A stretch of DNA of 64,000 nt from Candidatus Krumholzibacteriia bacterium (GTDB lineage: Bacteria > Krumholzibacteriota > Krumholzibacteriia > JAJRXK01). A model generated the notes under the pieces. The model did not search any database. It saw nothing but the letters and a program-made list of their open reading frames with translations, and had not been told where the DNA came from. Below, piece after piece: positions 19,415-29,529 of this stretch. Both the position numbers and the translations under genes were made by a program. The DNA lies in NCBI GenBank assembly GCA_041484665.1, contig JBGPIA010000012.1, positions 32,001 to 96,000 on the forward strand, given 5' to 3'. Every line of letters starts with the position of its first letter. Position 1 is the first letter of the stretch.

Positions 19415-20677
19415 ATGCCTGCTCTGCGTCTGGAAGGCATTGCGAAGACCTTCGCCACAGGCCACGCGGCGATCTCGGGCGTCGACCTCGAGATCTCCGA
19501 GGGAGAGCTGGTGGTGCTGCTCGGTCCGTCCGGCTGCGGCAAGAGCACGCTGCTGCGTATCGTCGCCGGGGTCGAGGTGCCGACCGCGGGCCGCGTTCTC
19601 ATCGACGGCGACGACGTTACCCAGCTGCCGCCCCAGAAACGCGACGTGGCGATGGTCTTCCAGAACTACGCCCTCTATCCTCATATGAGCGTGCGCGACA
19701 ACCTGGCGTTCGGGCTGCGGATGCGGGGCACTCCCCGCGACGTCATCGGGAGGCGCGTGGCGGAGGTCGCCGAGATCCTCGGGATCGCCAACTTCCTGGA
19801 CCGCAAGCCAGCGCAGCTCTCCGGAGGCCAGCGGCAGCGCGTCGCGCTGGGCCGCGCGATCGCGCGGCAGGCGAAGGTCTTCCTGCTCGACGAGCCGCTC
19901 TCGAATCTCGACGCGCAGTTGCGCGCCCACACCCGCACGGAGCTGGCGCGCCTGCACCACTCCCTGCACGTTCCCATGCTGTACGTCACGCACGACCAGG
20001 AGGAGGCGATGACGCTGGGCGACCGCGTCGTCGTGATGCGCTCCGGCCGGTTCCTGCAGATCGGCCCGCCCATGGAGATCTATGGCCGCCCCGCCACGCG
20101 GTTTGTCGGCGAGTTCGTGGGCTCGCCGCGGATGAACCTCCTGCCCGGCCGGCTCACTCCCCTGGGCGGGGGTGGTGTTCAGATCGACGGGCTGGGGGGC
20201 GGGCTGCAGCTCGCGCCCGGAATGGTGGGCGGCGGGCGGGCAGCCGGGGGCGCCCCGGCAGCAGGCAGCGGGCAGGTTCAAGACGTTGGCCGCGCCGGCG
20301 GCAGCGGCGAAGCTGCGGGCGGCGGCCAGCCCGTCATCGTTGGACGTGACGTCGACAACGTGCGGGCTCTGGACGGCGGGCGCGCGCGCGAGCCGCGCGC
20401 TGTCGTCGTGGGCATCCGCCCCGAGGACATCGAGGTCGTCGAGCCGGCCGACGGCGATCTGCTTGCTCGCGCGGACGTGGTGGAGCCGCTGGGCAGGGAA
20501 TCGCTCCTGCATCTGGTGACCGGCGAGCGGGCCGGCGATCCACAAGCCGAGCTACGGGTGCTGGCCGCGGCCCCGACGCCGGTGCGGCCGGGTGCGCGGA
20601 TCGGCCTGCGGCTGCGGCGTGAACGTATCCATCTGTTCGATCCTTCCACCGAGGAGCGGCTCACGGGCTTCGCATGA
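19415..20677 (+). CDS. Sugar ABC transporter ATP-binding protein (MalK-like)
   Basis: GPSGCGKST, LSGGQRQR, LLDEPLSNLD; Gly-rich insertion in the C-terminal domain. Confidence 0.96.
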   Translation: MPALRLEGIAKTFATGHAAISGVDLEISEGELVVLLGPSGCGKSTLLRIVAGVEVPTAGRVLIDGDDVTQLPPQKRDVAMVFQNYALYPHMSVRDNLAFGLRMRGTPRDVIGRRVAEVAEILGIANFLDRKPAQLSGGQRQRVALGRAIARQAKVFLLDEPLSNLDAQLRAHTRTELARLHHSLHVPMLYVTHDQEEAMTLGDRVVVMRSGRFLQIGPPMEIYGRPATRFVGEFVGSPRMNLLPGRLTPLGGGGVQIDGLGGGLQLAPGMVGGGRAAGGAPAAGSGQVQDVGRAGGSGEAAGGGQPVIVGRDVDNVRALDGGRAREPRAVVVGIRPEDIEVVEPADGDLLARADVVEPLGRESLLHLVTGERAGDPQAELRVLAAAPTPVRPGARIGLRLRRERIHLFDPSTEERLTGFA

Positions 20678-20807
20678 GTCGCCTGGGCGAGCGCGCCCGT
20701 CCACGCCCGCGCTCTGCCGGCAAGCGCGGCTTGAGGCGGCCGGGCCGACGGGATACCTTGTGAGTGGCAGGGGGCGGATCCCCACACCCAGACGACGGGC
20801 GCTCCCC

Positions 20808-22742
20808 ATGGCCGGACGGCGTGGACGCGGGCGGCTCAACCAGTGCGGCTCGCAGGGGCATCGGCTGCGCGTCGGCTTGGGCGTCTGCCTCGCCACCCTG
20901 ACCATCGCCACGAGCATTCTCCCAATTGTCTCCGCGATCCTGCCCGCGATCCTCCCCGCGTCCGCTGCCGCAGCGCCCGCCCCCAAGCGCACCTATACCT
21001 TCGACCAGGACCCGATCCGGCTGGGGACGAAGGCGCTCGATGAGGGCCGCCTCGACGAGGCGAAGTCCCGCTTCGAGGAGGCCCTCGCCAACGGGTATCA
21101 GGTCTCCAGAGCGCGGTTCGGCCTGGCGGAGGTCGCCGTCGACGAGGGCCGCCTCGCCGACGCGGAGACGCTTTACCACGAAGCGCTGCTGGCGCGCGTG
21201 CAGGAGAGCAAGAAGCCCGACTTTCCGCAAGCGCACGCCGGCCTGGGGCTCTTGATGCTGCGCACGGGGCGCGCTGCCGAGGCAGCGCAGGAGTTCCAGG
21301 TTGCCCTCACCGAGAAGCCCGGGCTGTGGGGCGCGGTCTTCGGACAGGCGGCGCTGCTGCTGCAACAGGAGAAATGGGACGAGGCCAAGCCCCTGCTCGA
21401 CCAGGGCGCGACCCGCAAGGGCCGCGCGGACGGCGAGGACCAGTACCATTTCGGGATCGGCCTCTATCTAGCGGGGAAGGGGGACTTGAAGGGCGCGGAG
21501 AAAGAGGCCCTGCTCGCCCTCAGCCTCAACCCGTACGATCCCCAGTACGGCACGCTGGTGGCGCGCATCTACGAACGGCGCAACGTCCCGACGCTTGCCA
21601 TCGACGCCTACGAGAGGGTGCTCGGCGCTCCCGGTACGATGCCCACAGCACCGATGCTGCGCGATCTCGGAGCGCTGTACCAGAAGGTGGGGCGCTACAA
21701 CGACGCACGGGACCGCTATCAGCAGGCGGTGGCGGCGGACTCGACGTACGCCCCCGCGCTCAAGGACCTGGCCAATCTGCTCCGCCTCGCGAAGCAGCCC
21801 GACCACGCGGCCAAGGTCTACCTGCGCTACGTCCAGTTGCAGCCCAAGGACCCAGATGCCCAGGTGTGGCTGGCCGAATCCTGCAACGAGCTCCGCCAGT
21901 ACAGCCAGGCGCTCGAGGCCGCGCGCGCGGCGCTGGCCATCGACAGCACGCGGATCGATGCGCGAGTGGCCTTCACCCGCGCGGGCATCCAGAGTCGCGA
22001 CGCGCAGGCCCGCGCCGCAGCGGTCCGCGTCTACGCCTCGCTTCCCGATACCCTCCACTGGAAGCCGGCGGACTACCTGGCGCTGGCGACCGATCAGATC
22101 GACGCCAAGCAGTATCCATTGGCAGCGAAAATATTGAAATGCTCGCTCGAGCTGGACCCAGCGCAGCCCGAGGCCTGGTTTCAGCAGGGAATGCTCGAGC
22201 TCAATACCGCGCTGCCGGACTCTGCGATCGTCCATTTTCAGCGCGCGATCCGCCTGAACCCCAACTCGGCTCTATATTACTTGAACCTCGGCATCGCGAG
22301 TTTCCAGGCGAAGCACATCAAGGATGCGATCGCGCCGTTCCGCAAGACCCTCGAGCTGAATCCTGATCTTACCGTAGGACGCGTGCTGCTGGGGCAGGCG
22401 CTGGTCGCATGCGACTCGCTGTCCGCCGCGGAGGCGCAGTACCGCCATGTGCTGCAGACAGAGCCGGCCAATGCCAAGGCGCTGCGGGGCCTGGGCTTCT
22501 GCCTGATCCGCAAGGCGGACTACGGTGGCGCGGCCAGGATCTACAAGGCGGCCAGCGAGGCGGAGCCGGCCAATGCGGACGCATGGGCTGGGCTGGGAAA
22601 CGCCAACCTGGGGCTGCAGGACTGGGCGGCGGCGGAGGCGGCGTTCAAGAAGGCCGCGGCCATCGATCCCAATAACTCCAGCGTCAAGAAGGGCTTCGAG
22701 CTGCTGAGCAAGGCGAAGAAGGCACCCGCGGGGAACAAGTAG
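20808..22742 (+). CDS. Exported tetratricopeptide repeat protein
   Basis: Hydrophobic leader followed by many TPR units; start uncertain. Confidence 0.85.
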   Translation: MAGRRGRGRLNQCGSQGHRLRVGLGVCLATLTIATSILPIVSAILPAILPASAAAAPAPKRTYTFDQDPIRLGTKALDEGRLDEAKSRFEEALANGYQVSRARFGLAEVAVDEGRLADAETLYHEALLARVQESKKPDFPQAHAGLGLLMLRTGRAAEAAQEFQVALTEKPGLWGAVFGQAALLLQQEKWDEAKPLLDQGATRKGRADGEDQYHFGIGLYLAGKGDLKGAEKEALLALSLNPYDPQYGTLVARIYERRNVPTLAIDAYERVLGAPGTMPTAPMLRDLGALYQKVGRYNDARDRYQQAVAADSTYAPALKDLANLLRLAKQPDHAAKVYLRYVQLQPKDPDAQVWLAESCNELRQYSQALEAARAALAIDSTRIDARVAFTRAGIQSRDAQARAAAVRVYASLPDTLHWKPADYLALATDQIDAKQYPLAAKILKCSLELDPAQPEAWFQQGMLELNTALPDSAIVHFQRAIRLNPNSALYYLNLGIASFQAKHIKDAIAPFRKTLELNPDLTVGRVLLGQALVACDSLSAAEAQYRHVLQTEPANAKALRGLGFCLIRKADYGGAARIYKAASEAEPANADAWAGLGNANLGLQDWAAAEAAFKKAAAIDPNNSSVKKGFELLSKAKKAPAGNK

Positions 22743-22861
22743 GGTCGGGGCACGAACGCTCGTTGCGCGCGGATCCTCTGCAACGGGATACACGATCGGC
22801 GGGATCGGTGGGGGCGGGTTCGTTGCGAGCAGCTCTTGTGCAGGAGGCAAGGCGCTGGGTG

Positions 22862-24061
22862 ATGCGCACGCTGCCCGGATCGATCGTCGGCACGGCCACG
22901 CCGGGGGCGGCACGCGCCGTGGTGGGCGCGGCCGCGCGCTGGGTGGCAATCGCCGCGATCGCGGCAGCCATCGTCGCGGCGCCGCCACGACTGCACGCAC
23001 AGCAGGCCAAAGCGTCCGGATCGCCCTCGGGCGCCGTGGTGTCCGCTCCGACCCCCGACGCCAGCAGCGATCCCGCCGCGGGTGATTCCCTGTCGTTCTC
23101 ACCGTCCCGGGCGCAGGACGAGGTCGTCAGCACGCCGGACGAGGGACGCGGGCTCATCCGCAGGATCATGGGATCACGCTTCGGCGCGAGTAAGGTCGCC
23201 GACCTGCTGTTCCGCCACAGCGGCATCATGTGGCTGTTGCTGCTCTTCGCCGTCGCGACGATTGGCGTGCTGTACCGCGTTGGAACTCCTGCGATCACCG
23301 ACCTTCCGGGCCCGGCCGCCCCGGTGCTGGCCGGTTTCCAGACGCTGCCGATCGTGGGCGAGGCGCACCCCGTCGGGAGCCTCGCGATGCGCCTCTCGCG
23401 GCAGGCGGCCGCGCTCGCGATCCTCGGCCACCTGATGGTGTTCGGAGCCTGGTTCGTGCAGCGCAGCCTCCCGCATGCGACGCCGCCGCGCCGGATGGTG
23501 CGCTTCGTTACGGTCAAGGAGCTCGCGCCGCCGCCATCCATCGGCGGGGCATCCCCGCCACCCGTGATCAACATCGCCGAAGAGGTCGCTCCGCCGCCGA
23601 TCGGCGTCCCCGAGCCGGTCCCCGCGGTCCAGGCCCAGGCGCCCACCATCGCCACGCAGCAGGAGATGTCCGAGGCCATTGCCCCGGTCAGCATGAGCGG
23701 GCTGGGATCCGGCAGCGCCGGCGACTCCATCGTCATCGGGACGCCGGGGCCCGGCGAGGTCGAGCACAGCCCCACCCCCGACGAGTTCGTCTCGGTCGAG
23801 GAGGAGCCCGTCCGCCTCAAGATCGATCCGCCGGTCTATCCCGACGTGGCGAAGGCAGCGTCGGTCGAGGGGACCGTACTGGTGCGCGCGCTGGTCGGCA
23901 AGGACGGCAAGGTGAAGGATTGCATCGTGATCGAGGGGAGCCCGATGCTCACCGAGGCTGCCGTGGCCTGCGCCAAGACCGCGGTCTTCAAGCCCGCCCT
24001 CGCGCAGCACAAAGCGGTCGAGGTGTGGGTGATGATGCCGATCACGTTCCAGCTGCGCTGA
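22862..24061 (+). CDS. tonB: Energy transducer TonB with N-terminal extension
   Basis: PVYPDVAKAASVEGTVLVRALVGKDGKV C-terminal domain, Pro-rich linker, His-containing TM. Confidence 0.85.
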   Translation: MRTLPGSIVGTATPGAARAVVGAAARWVAIAAIAAAIVAAPPRLHAQQAKASGSPSGAVVSAPTPDASSDPAAGDSLSFSPSRAQDEVVSTPDEGRGLIRRIMGSRFGASKVADLLFRHSGIMWLLLLFAVATIGVLYRVGTPAITDLPGPAAPVLAGFQTLPIVGEAHPVGSLAMRLSRQAAALAILGHLMVFGAWFVQRSLPHATPPRRMVRFVTVKELAPPPSIGGASPPPVINIAEEVAPPPIGVPEPVPAVQAQAPTIATQQEMSEAIAPVSMSGLGSGSAGDSIVIGTPGPGEVEHSPTPDEFVSVEEEPVRLKIDPPVYPDVAKAASVEGTVLVRALVGKDGKVKDCIVIEGSPMLTEAAVACAKTAVFKPALAQHKAVEVWVMMPITFQLR

Positions 24062-24133
24062 GCTGTTCCAGCTACCACCCGACACTCGACCCGCAGCGGG
24101 GTACCCGTACGATCGGGCCCTGGCGATACCACG

Positions 24134-24295
24134 TCAGCCGAGATAGCTGCGGCTCACACGGTTCGCGAAGTACAGGCCGAAGCCGGTCCCGATCGTGCTG
24201 AGCGTGAACGCGGCCATCAGGCCTAGTCGCTCGCCGAGCACCCAGCCGAGCCAGCCGCCGAGCGTGGCGCCGAGCAACGCCATTAGCTTTCTCAC
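24134..24295 (-). CDS. Small Gly-zipper two-TM protein
   Basis: LLGATLGGWLGWVLG; GTG start with purine-rich RBS. Confidence 0.65.
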   Translation of the reverse strand: MRKLMALLGATLGGWLGWVLGERLGLMAAFTLSTIGTGFGLYFANRVSRSYLG

Positions 24296-24434
24296 GACTC
24301 GTGCCCCTTTCCGCGCGGCCGATCCATCGCGTCGCCGCCGCTGTGGGTCATGGTCTGCGTCATTGCGTCCTACCTTCGATCTCCGATTCGGGATGCGAGT
24401 GGTCGGCATTCGGCGCGTCTGCGCCCTTGAGGGA

Positions 24435-25457
24435 CTATGGGTGGCCCCATCCCAGCGCAACGACGTCGAAGTCGCCGGTGTGGAGGCTCGCGAATGCGGG
24501 GTTGAGCTGGTCGTTGTCCCAGCGCGCGTCCATCGTGCCGGTGATGTACATGCTGCTGCCGTTGTCGGCCACGATCAGACCGTAGGTCTTCATCGACTGG
24601 AAGATGCGTTGGATCGCCGGCGCGTAACCCGAGAGATCGACCGTAGCCTTCAGCCGCAGACGCGCGCCCATCGGTGGGGCGCCCGCGGCCGAGCCCGCGC
24701 TGTGGGAGGCTGGCCAGACGTAGCCGTGCGTGTCGCTCACGGTGACGCGGAGCGCGTGCCGGATCGCCTGGGAGCCCGCCGCGTCGTCGTAGCGCACGAG
24801 ACCGGGGAAGATCGCGCACCCCGCCGCGTCGGCGGAGGTCCACGTGTCGGGCCTTCGCGCGTTCGAGGCGAGATCGAAGACCGCGCCTGAGGCGGCTTCC
24901 CAACGGGAGAGACTGCCGTTCCAGTGCGTCGCGTAGGTCTCGAACAACAGCCAATGGTCGCGATCGATCACCAGCAGATGCCGGTCGCCGCTGCTCCCGC
25001 CCCCCGCCAGGCCACCCTCGATGTAATTGGGTTGGGTACGCGCCGCGTCGGGCACCGGGTAGCCGGGCGTCTGGCCCGCGGCGCCCGGGTCGCTTTCGTT
25101 GCCGTACGGGCTGAACGTGAACGGGAGGCGCGGCTGCGTCCCTGAAACGGTCACGTAGGGAATGCCGAAGGGTGGTGGCCCGAAGTCGGGGTGCAGCGGC
25201 TGGCCCGCGCCGATGAAGGCAATGTAGCCATCCGAGCCTGGATCGACCGGGGCCGCGCCGATGTCGAGGTTCCACCAGTTGTTGGTGGGGAATACCTGAC
25301 GGCTGGCAAGGTCCTCCTGTAGGAGCGCGCCTACTTCGGGCGGAGACCCGCCGCCGGGTCCACTCGGAGACTTCGACCCGCAGCCCGAAAGTGCCGCGAG
25401 CGCGGCCGCCACGGCGAGGTGGGGCAGGACGCCCAGGGCGTCTCGAACCGTGCGCAT
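24435..25457 (-). CDS. Uncharacterised lipoprotein
   Basis: AGGAGG RBS, LSGC lipobox; WWNLDI, LHPDFG, GDRHLL, SADAAG, YGLIVADNG. Confidence 0.8.
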   Translation of the reverse strand: MRTVRDALGVLPHLAVAAALAALSGCGSKSPSGPGGGSPPEVGALLQEDLASRQVFPTNNWWNLDIGAAPVDPGSDGYIAFIGAGQPLHPDFGPPPFGIPYVTVSGTQPRLPFTFSPYGNESDPGAAGQTPGYPVPDAARTQPNYIEGGLAGGGSSGDRHLLVIDRDHWLLFETYATHWNGSLSRWEAASGAVFDLASNARRPDTWTSADAAGCAIFPGLVRYDDAAGSQAIRHALRVTVSDTHGYVWPASHSAGSAAGAPPMGARLRLKATVDLSGYAPAIQRIFQSMKTYGLIVADNGSSMYITGTMDARWDNDQLNPAFASLHTGDFDVVALGWGHP

Positions 25458-25805
25458 GGCAGAGCCTCCTGACCGACAACGCGGCTCCCGTTGGAGGCGC
25501 GTCGTTTCCGGCTGCGCCGCGACGAACACGCCGCCGCTGCCTCCCCCAGTGCACAGATCGAGCCGAAAACCCTTCTTTGCCTGTTGACCTCGGGCGCGTG
25601 TGCATCAGGCGCGTGGCCCATCGATCCGATGTCCGAGTGGAAGGGACGGTCACCGAAGGCGCGCGCAACACTGATTCGGGGCGCGCGGACGCACCCCCTT
25701 GATTTCACGCGCGCGTCTCCTGATCTTGAGTCCGAGGTGAGCTGTCGACCGAGAAACTCCAGTCACCCCGTGTGACGAGGACTGCCCACGAGGCGAGGCG
25801 GAAGC

Positions 25806-26951
25806 GTGGCTCGCAAGCTTCTCATCCGATTCTTAGGTCTGTGCTTCACCGTGGCCGTCTCGGGTCTGGCGACGACCGCCGTGTCCGCAGAGGTGCCGAG
25901 GCAGGCTCCCGTGGGCTCCACGGCCGCCGCACCGGTCTTCTCCGTTTCGGGCCCGGAGTTGGACGTCGAACCGATCGTCAACACCGACGATTCGCTCCCG
26001 TTCTCTGCCTCACGGATGGCGGCCGAGACGGTCGCCGAGCCGGAGAATGGCCGAGGGATAGTCCGCTCGATCCTGCTGTCCGGATTCGGTGACACCCAAC
26101 TCGCCGATTTCCTCTTCCGCCGCCATGCGATCATCTACCTGCTGCTGGGAGCGGGACTGCTCGCCATTGGAATGCTCTACCAGTATGGCGGGCGTGGCGT
26201 GATCGAGCTTCCAGCTCCCACATTGGCTCTCAGCACCGGCCACACGCTCCCCATTGTCGGCGAGGCGCACCCACTCGGGCGCATGTCGGTGCGCATGTCG
26301 GAGCGGGCCGCGGTCATCGCCGTGCTCTTCCATATCCTGATCTTCGGAGCATGGATGGTCGGGCGCGACCTGCCGTACTCAGCCGCGGCGCGTCCTGAAC
26401 TACACAACATCTTCAGACTCATGCCCGTACCTCCACCCATCAGGTTGACGGGGCCGCCGCAGGTTGTGATCGCCGAGGATCCGGTCAGGAAGGTCGTGGA
26501 CGGTGTGCCGGATCCCGTGCCCGACCCGCTGGCACCCGACGTTGAGCTCGCCAGCCCTGGAGAGCTGCTGGGTCTCAACAACGCAGGTCCCGCTGGCTTC
26601 GGCACTGGCGGGGAAGTCGAGATCCAGCCAAGCCCGCGCGAAGTGCCGACTGAGTTCCAGACTCAGATCACATGCCCAATCGACATGGGAGAGGTACCGA
26701 TCCCGCTCAACATGCCCAGGCCCGTCTACCCTGAGATCGCGCGCACCGCTGAGATCGAGGGCGTCGTGATGTTGCAGATCCTCGTCGGAGAGGATGGCAA
26801 GGTGAAGGACGTGCGGGTCACCAGGGGCCACCCTATGCTGAACGACGCGGCGATCGCCGCGGCCCGCAGGGCGACTTTCACGCCGGCCATGCAGCAGAAA
26901 CGTCCGGTGTCAGTGTGGGTCGAGCTCCCGGTGCACTTCACGCTCTACTGA
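25806..26951 (+). CDS. tonB: Energy transducer TonB paralogue with N-terminal extension
   Basis: PVYPEIARTAEIEGVVMLQILVGEDGKV; shares LPIVGEAHP and ADxLFR with 22862..24061. Confidence 0.85.
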   Translation: MARKLLIRFLGLCFTVAVSGLATTAVSAEVPRQAPVGSTAAAPVFSVSGPELDVEPIVNTDDSLPFSASRMAAETVAEPENGRGIVRSILLSGFGDTQLADFLFRRHAIIYLLLGAGLLAIGMLYQYGGRGVIELPAPTLALSTGHTLPIVGEAHPLGRMSVRMSERAAVIAVLFHILIFGAWMVGRDLPYSAAARPELHNIFRLMPVPPPIRLTGPPQVVIAEDPVRKVVDGVPDPVPDPLAPDVELASPGELLGLNNAGPAGFGTGGEVEIQPSPREVPTEFQTQITCPIDMGEVPIPLNMPRPVYPEIARTAEIEGVVMLQILVGEDGKVKDVRVTRGHPMLNDAAIAAARRATFTPAMQQKRPVSVWVELPVHFTLY

Positions 26952-26982
26952 CCGTCGCGCGCTCGCCCGCCCCTCGTCCCCC

Positions 26983-29460
26983 CTACCGGATGATGACCTT
27001 CCCGTTGGTTGCGCGCACCGTTCCCCGCTTCCCGATGGTGATGGCCGCCTCGGTGTACGTCGCCATCTTGATCGAGACCAGCGCACCTGGACCGTAGGTG
27101 GCAACCGCCTCCGTCACCGTATTGTAGGGCCGGAACTCCGACCCGTCTTCCAGCCCCACGTAGGATTGGTCCACGTAGACGATCGGCAGGGGTTTACAGC
27201 GGTACATGCCTCGCCCGTGGGTCGCCGCCATGAGATAGCTCGTCCCCTGCCAGAACAGCTCGTCCACCTCGGCGTTGTTGGGGCCATCGTTGCCTCCGTA
27301 CGCAGGCGTGATCCTCCAGCTGACGCCCTTGTCCTCGGATGCAAACACGCCGATGTCCGTCCCGACGTAGATCCAGTTGGGCTGCAGCGGGTGGTAGCGC
27401 ACCGTATTGACCTGGATCGCCGGCAGATCGTGCGGAGCGGCCCCCGTGCGCTGGAACCACGATGCTCCGCTGGTGTTGGTGAGCCATACGGTGTCCGTCG
27501 AATAGCCTCCGACCGTGACGATGACTTCGTTGTAGGCGTAGGGATTGATGGCGATATCGGTGATGAACCTGTTTCCTACGGGGAGCGTCCGGGGCGTCCA
27601 GGTTGTTCCGCCATTGATGCTGTAGAACAAGAGCCCGTTGTCGAATCCCACCCAGATCGCCAAGGTAGAGGACTGCGCGACGTCGATTGCCGTGCAAACG
27701 CCGCTCGGTGGGTCGAGGCCCGGCAGCTGAGCCCAGAGATCACCCGCGTTGGCCGTTCGCCAGATGTGCCGACCACCTGCGTACAAGACCGCCGGATTAT
27801 TGGGGTCCATCACGAGGGGGGCAAGGAACCCAGCCAGGGCCTTGTCTCCGGTTTCCGTGAGGCCTGCAGTCTTCTGAACGAAGGACTGTCCGCCATTGTC
27901 ACTGCGCGCGATGTTCAGCCATGGTCCGGCACAGAAGATTCGCGCCGGATTGGAAGGGTCGACCGCCGCATAACCTGCGTCCCCCCACACGGGGTTGGTC
28001 CAGCCCTCCGTTCCTGCTCCAGAGTGAAGCACCAGCATCCCGTTGTCCTGCGTTCCACCCAGGATGACGCTTCCGTCGGGGGCTGCCGCTCCCCCGAAGA
28101 ACTGTGTGATGCCCAAGCCGTGCGCGAGGTTGGTCCAGCCGGAGTTCGGGCTGGCGGTCGTGATGTCGGTCGCCTTCTGGATGCCGCCGTCGTTTCCAAC
28201 GAACACCGTCTTGTTGGTCGTGCCGTTGTAGCCCAGGGCGGGGACGACCACGTGCTCATCGCCGTGCGCCGATGTGCCGGCGGTGTAGCCCTGCCATGCG
28301 CTGATCCAGGCAGAGGACAGTCCGCCATCGATCGTGCGGCGCAGGTCGCCGAATCCGCCCCAGACCACGACGTTCGCGTTGGTGGGCGAGATCCACAGCG
28401 CGTTGGACCATGGATCGGCGTTCGTGAGCAGCCAGGGGCTCCAGGTCGTGCCTCCGTCCATCGAGCGCCAGATGACGTCGGAGAGATCGTTCCCGTCGTC
28501 GACGAGGCCGGCGGAGACCGCAATCATATTGGAGTTGGTGCGCGCGAAGGCGATCTCGCAGCGGCCAGCGTGCAGCGGCATCTTGTTCAGCGCGCCCGTG
28601 GTCTGTCGGTGCCACGTCGTCCCGCTATCGACGGACAGGTAGAAGTCGCTCGTGGTCCCCGCGGCGATGACGCTGGGGTTGGAGGGGTTGTACTTCACGT
28701 CGCGTACGGGCTCACCGAAATCCGGGATGAGGATGGGCGTCCAGGTGTTCGCGCCATTCACGGACCGGTACACGCCCGTTCTCGTCCCGGCCAGCAGCTC
28801 GTTCGCTTGCGTAGGGTGATGGTCCAGCCGGCTGACGAAGTCGAAGTCAGGCGTGGCCGTGAAGGGCATCTGGGTCCAGGTCACGCCGCCGTCGATGCTC
28901 TTGAAGACGCCCGCGCCCGCGATGCTCGCATTGCTCCCCTCCAGCTCGCCCGTTCCGGCGTACATCCGTTGAGGGTTCGTGGGGTCCATGGCGAGGGTGA
29001 CCACCGCCAGCGCCGGCAGGAAGTCGCTGACCGGAGTCCAACCAGGGCCTCCGATGCCGGTACCTCCGTTGGTGGTGCGCCAGATGCCACCGCCAGCGGT
29101 GCCCACCCACATGACGCTGGGGTTCGTCGGATCGACCAGGATCGCGCGCAGGCGGCCGCCGATATTGCCCGGCCCCAGCCACTGCCAGCTCCAGATGCCG
29201 GCATCCTGGGGCTCGACCACAATGGACCCCTTGGCCTTCGCCTGCAGCTGCTCCTTCGCGCGCAGGAGAGCGCCGTAGGGGATCTGGCCGTCGGAATCCA
29301 GCCGCTGCCGTCTGCGGAGCTCGGCCCGTGCCTGGATCTCCTCTGCTTCCTCCGCGTTCTCGAGCTCGTTCTCGAGCGAGCGGCTCGGCTGGGCGTGAAC
29401 GGGCGCGACGGACAACAGGATCAGCACCGCCATCGCGAAACGAGAATGCCGCGAGCGCAT
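26983..29460 (-). CDS. Secreted BNR/Asp-box (VPS10-like) beta-propeller protein
   Basis: GGAGG RBS, signal peptide, WLGPGNIGGR, repeated SxDGGxTW Asp boxes; ends in a short beta-helix-cap-like module. Confidence 0.88.
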   Translation of the reverse strand: MRSRHSRFAMAVLILLSVAPVHAQPSRSLENELENAEEAEEIQARAELRRRQRLDSDGQIPYGALLRAKEQLQAKAKGSIVVEPQDAGIWSWQWLGPGNIGGRLRAILVDPTNPSVMWVGTAGGGIWRTTNGGTGIGGPGWTPVSDFLPALAVVTLAMDPTNPQRMYAGTGELEGSNASIAGAGVFKSIDGGVTWTQMPFTATPDFDFVSRLDHHPTQANELLAGTRTGVYRSVNGANTWTPILIPDFGEPVRDVKYNPSNPSVIAAGTTSDFYLSVDSGTTWHRQTTGALNKMPLHAGRCEIAFARTNSNMIAVSAGLVDDGNDLSDVIWRSMDGGTTWSPWLLTNADPWSNALWISPTNANVVVWGGFGDLRRTIDGGLSSAWISAWQGYTAGTSAHGDEHVVVPALGYNGTTNKTVFVGNDGGIQKATDITTASPNSGWTNLAHGLGITQFFGGAAAPDGSVILGGTQDNGMLVLHSGAGTEGWTNPVWGDAGYAAVDPSNPARIFCAGPWLNIARSDNGGQSFVQKTAGLTETGDKALAGFLAPLVMDPNNPAVLYAGGRHIWRTANAGDLWAQLPGLDPPSGVCTAIDVAQSSTLAIWVGFDNGLLFYSINGGTTWTPRTLPVGNRFITDIAINPYAYNEVIVTVGGYSTDTVWLTNTSGASWFQRTGAAPHDLPAIQVNTVRYHPLQPNWIYVGTDIGVFASEDKGVSWRITPAYGGNDGPNNAEVDELFWQGTSYLMAATHGRGMYRCKPLPIVYVDQSYVGLEDGSEFRPYNTVTEAVATYGPGALVSIKMATYTEAAITIGKRGTVRATNGKVIIR

Positions 29461-29529
29461 GGTTGCCTCCCTAGGGCGCACGACGGATCGAGGACTGCGA
29501 ACGATCACCAAGCACCAGGAGCCCGGCCA

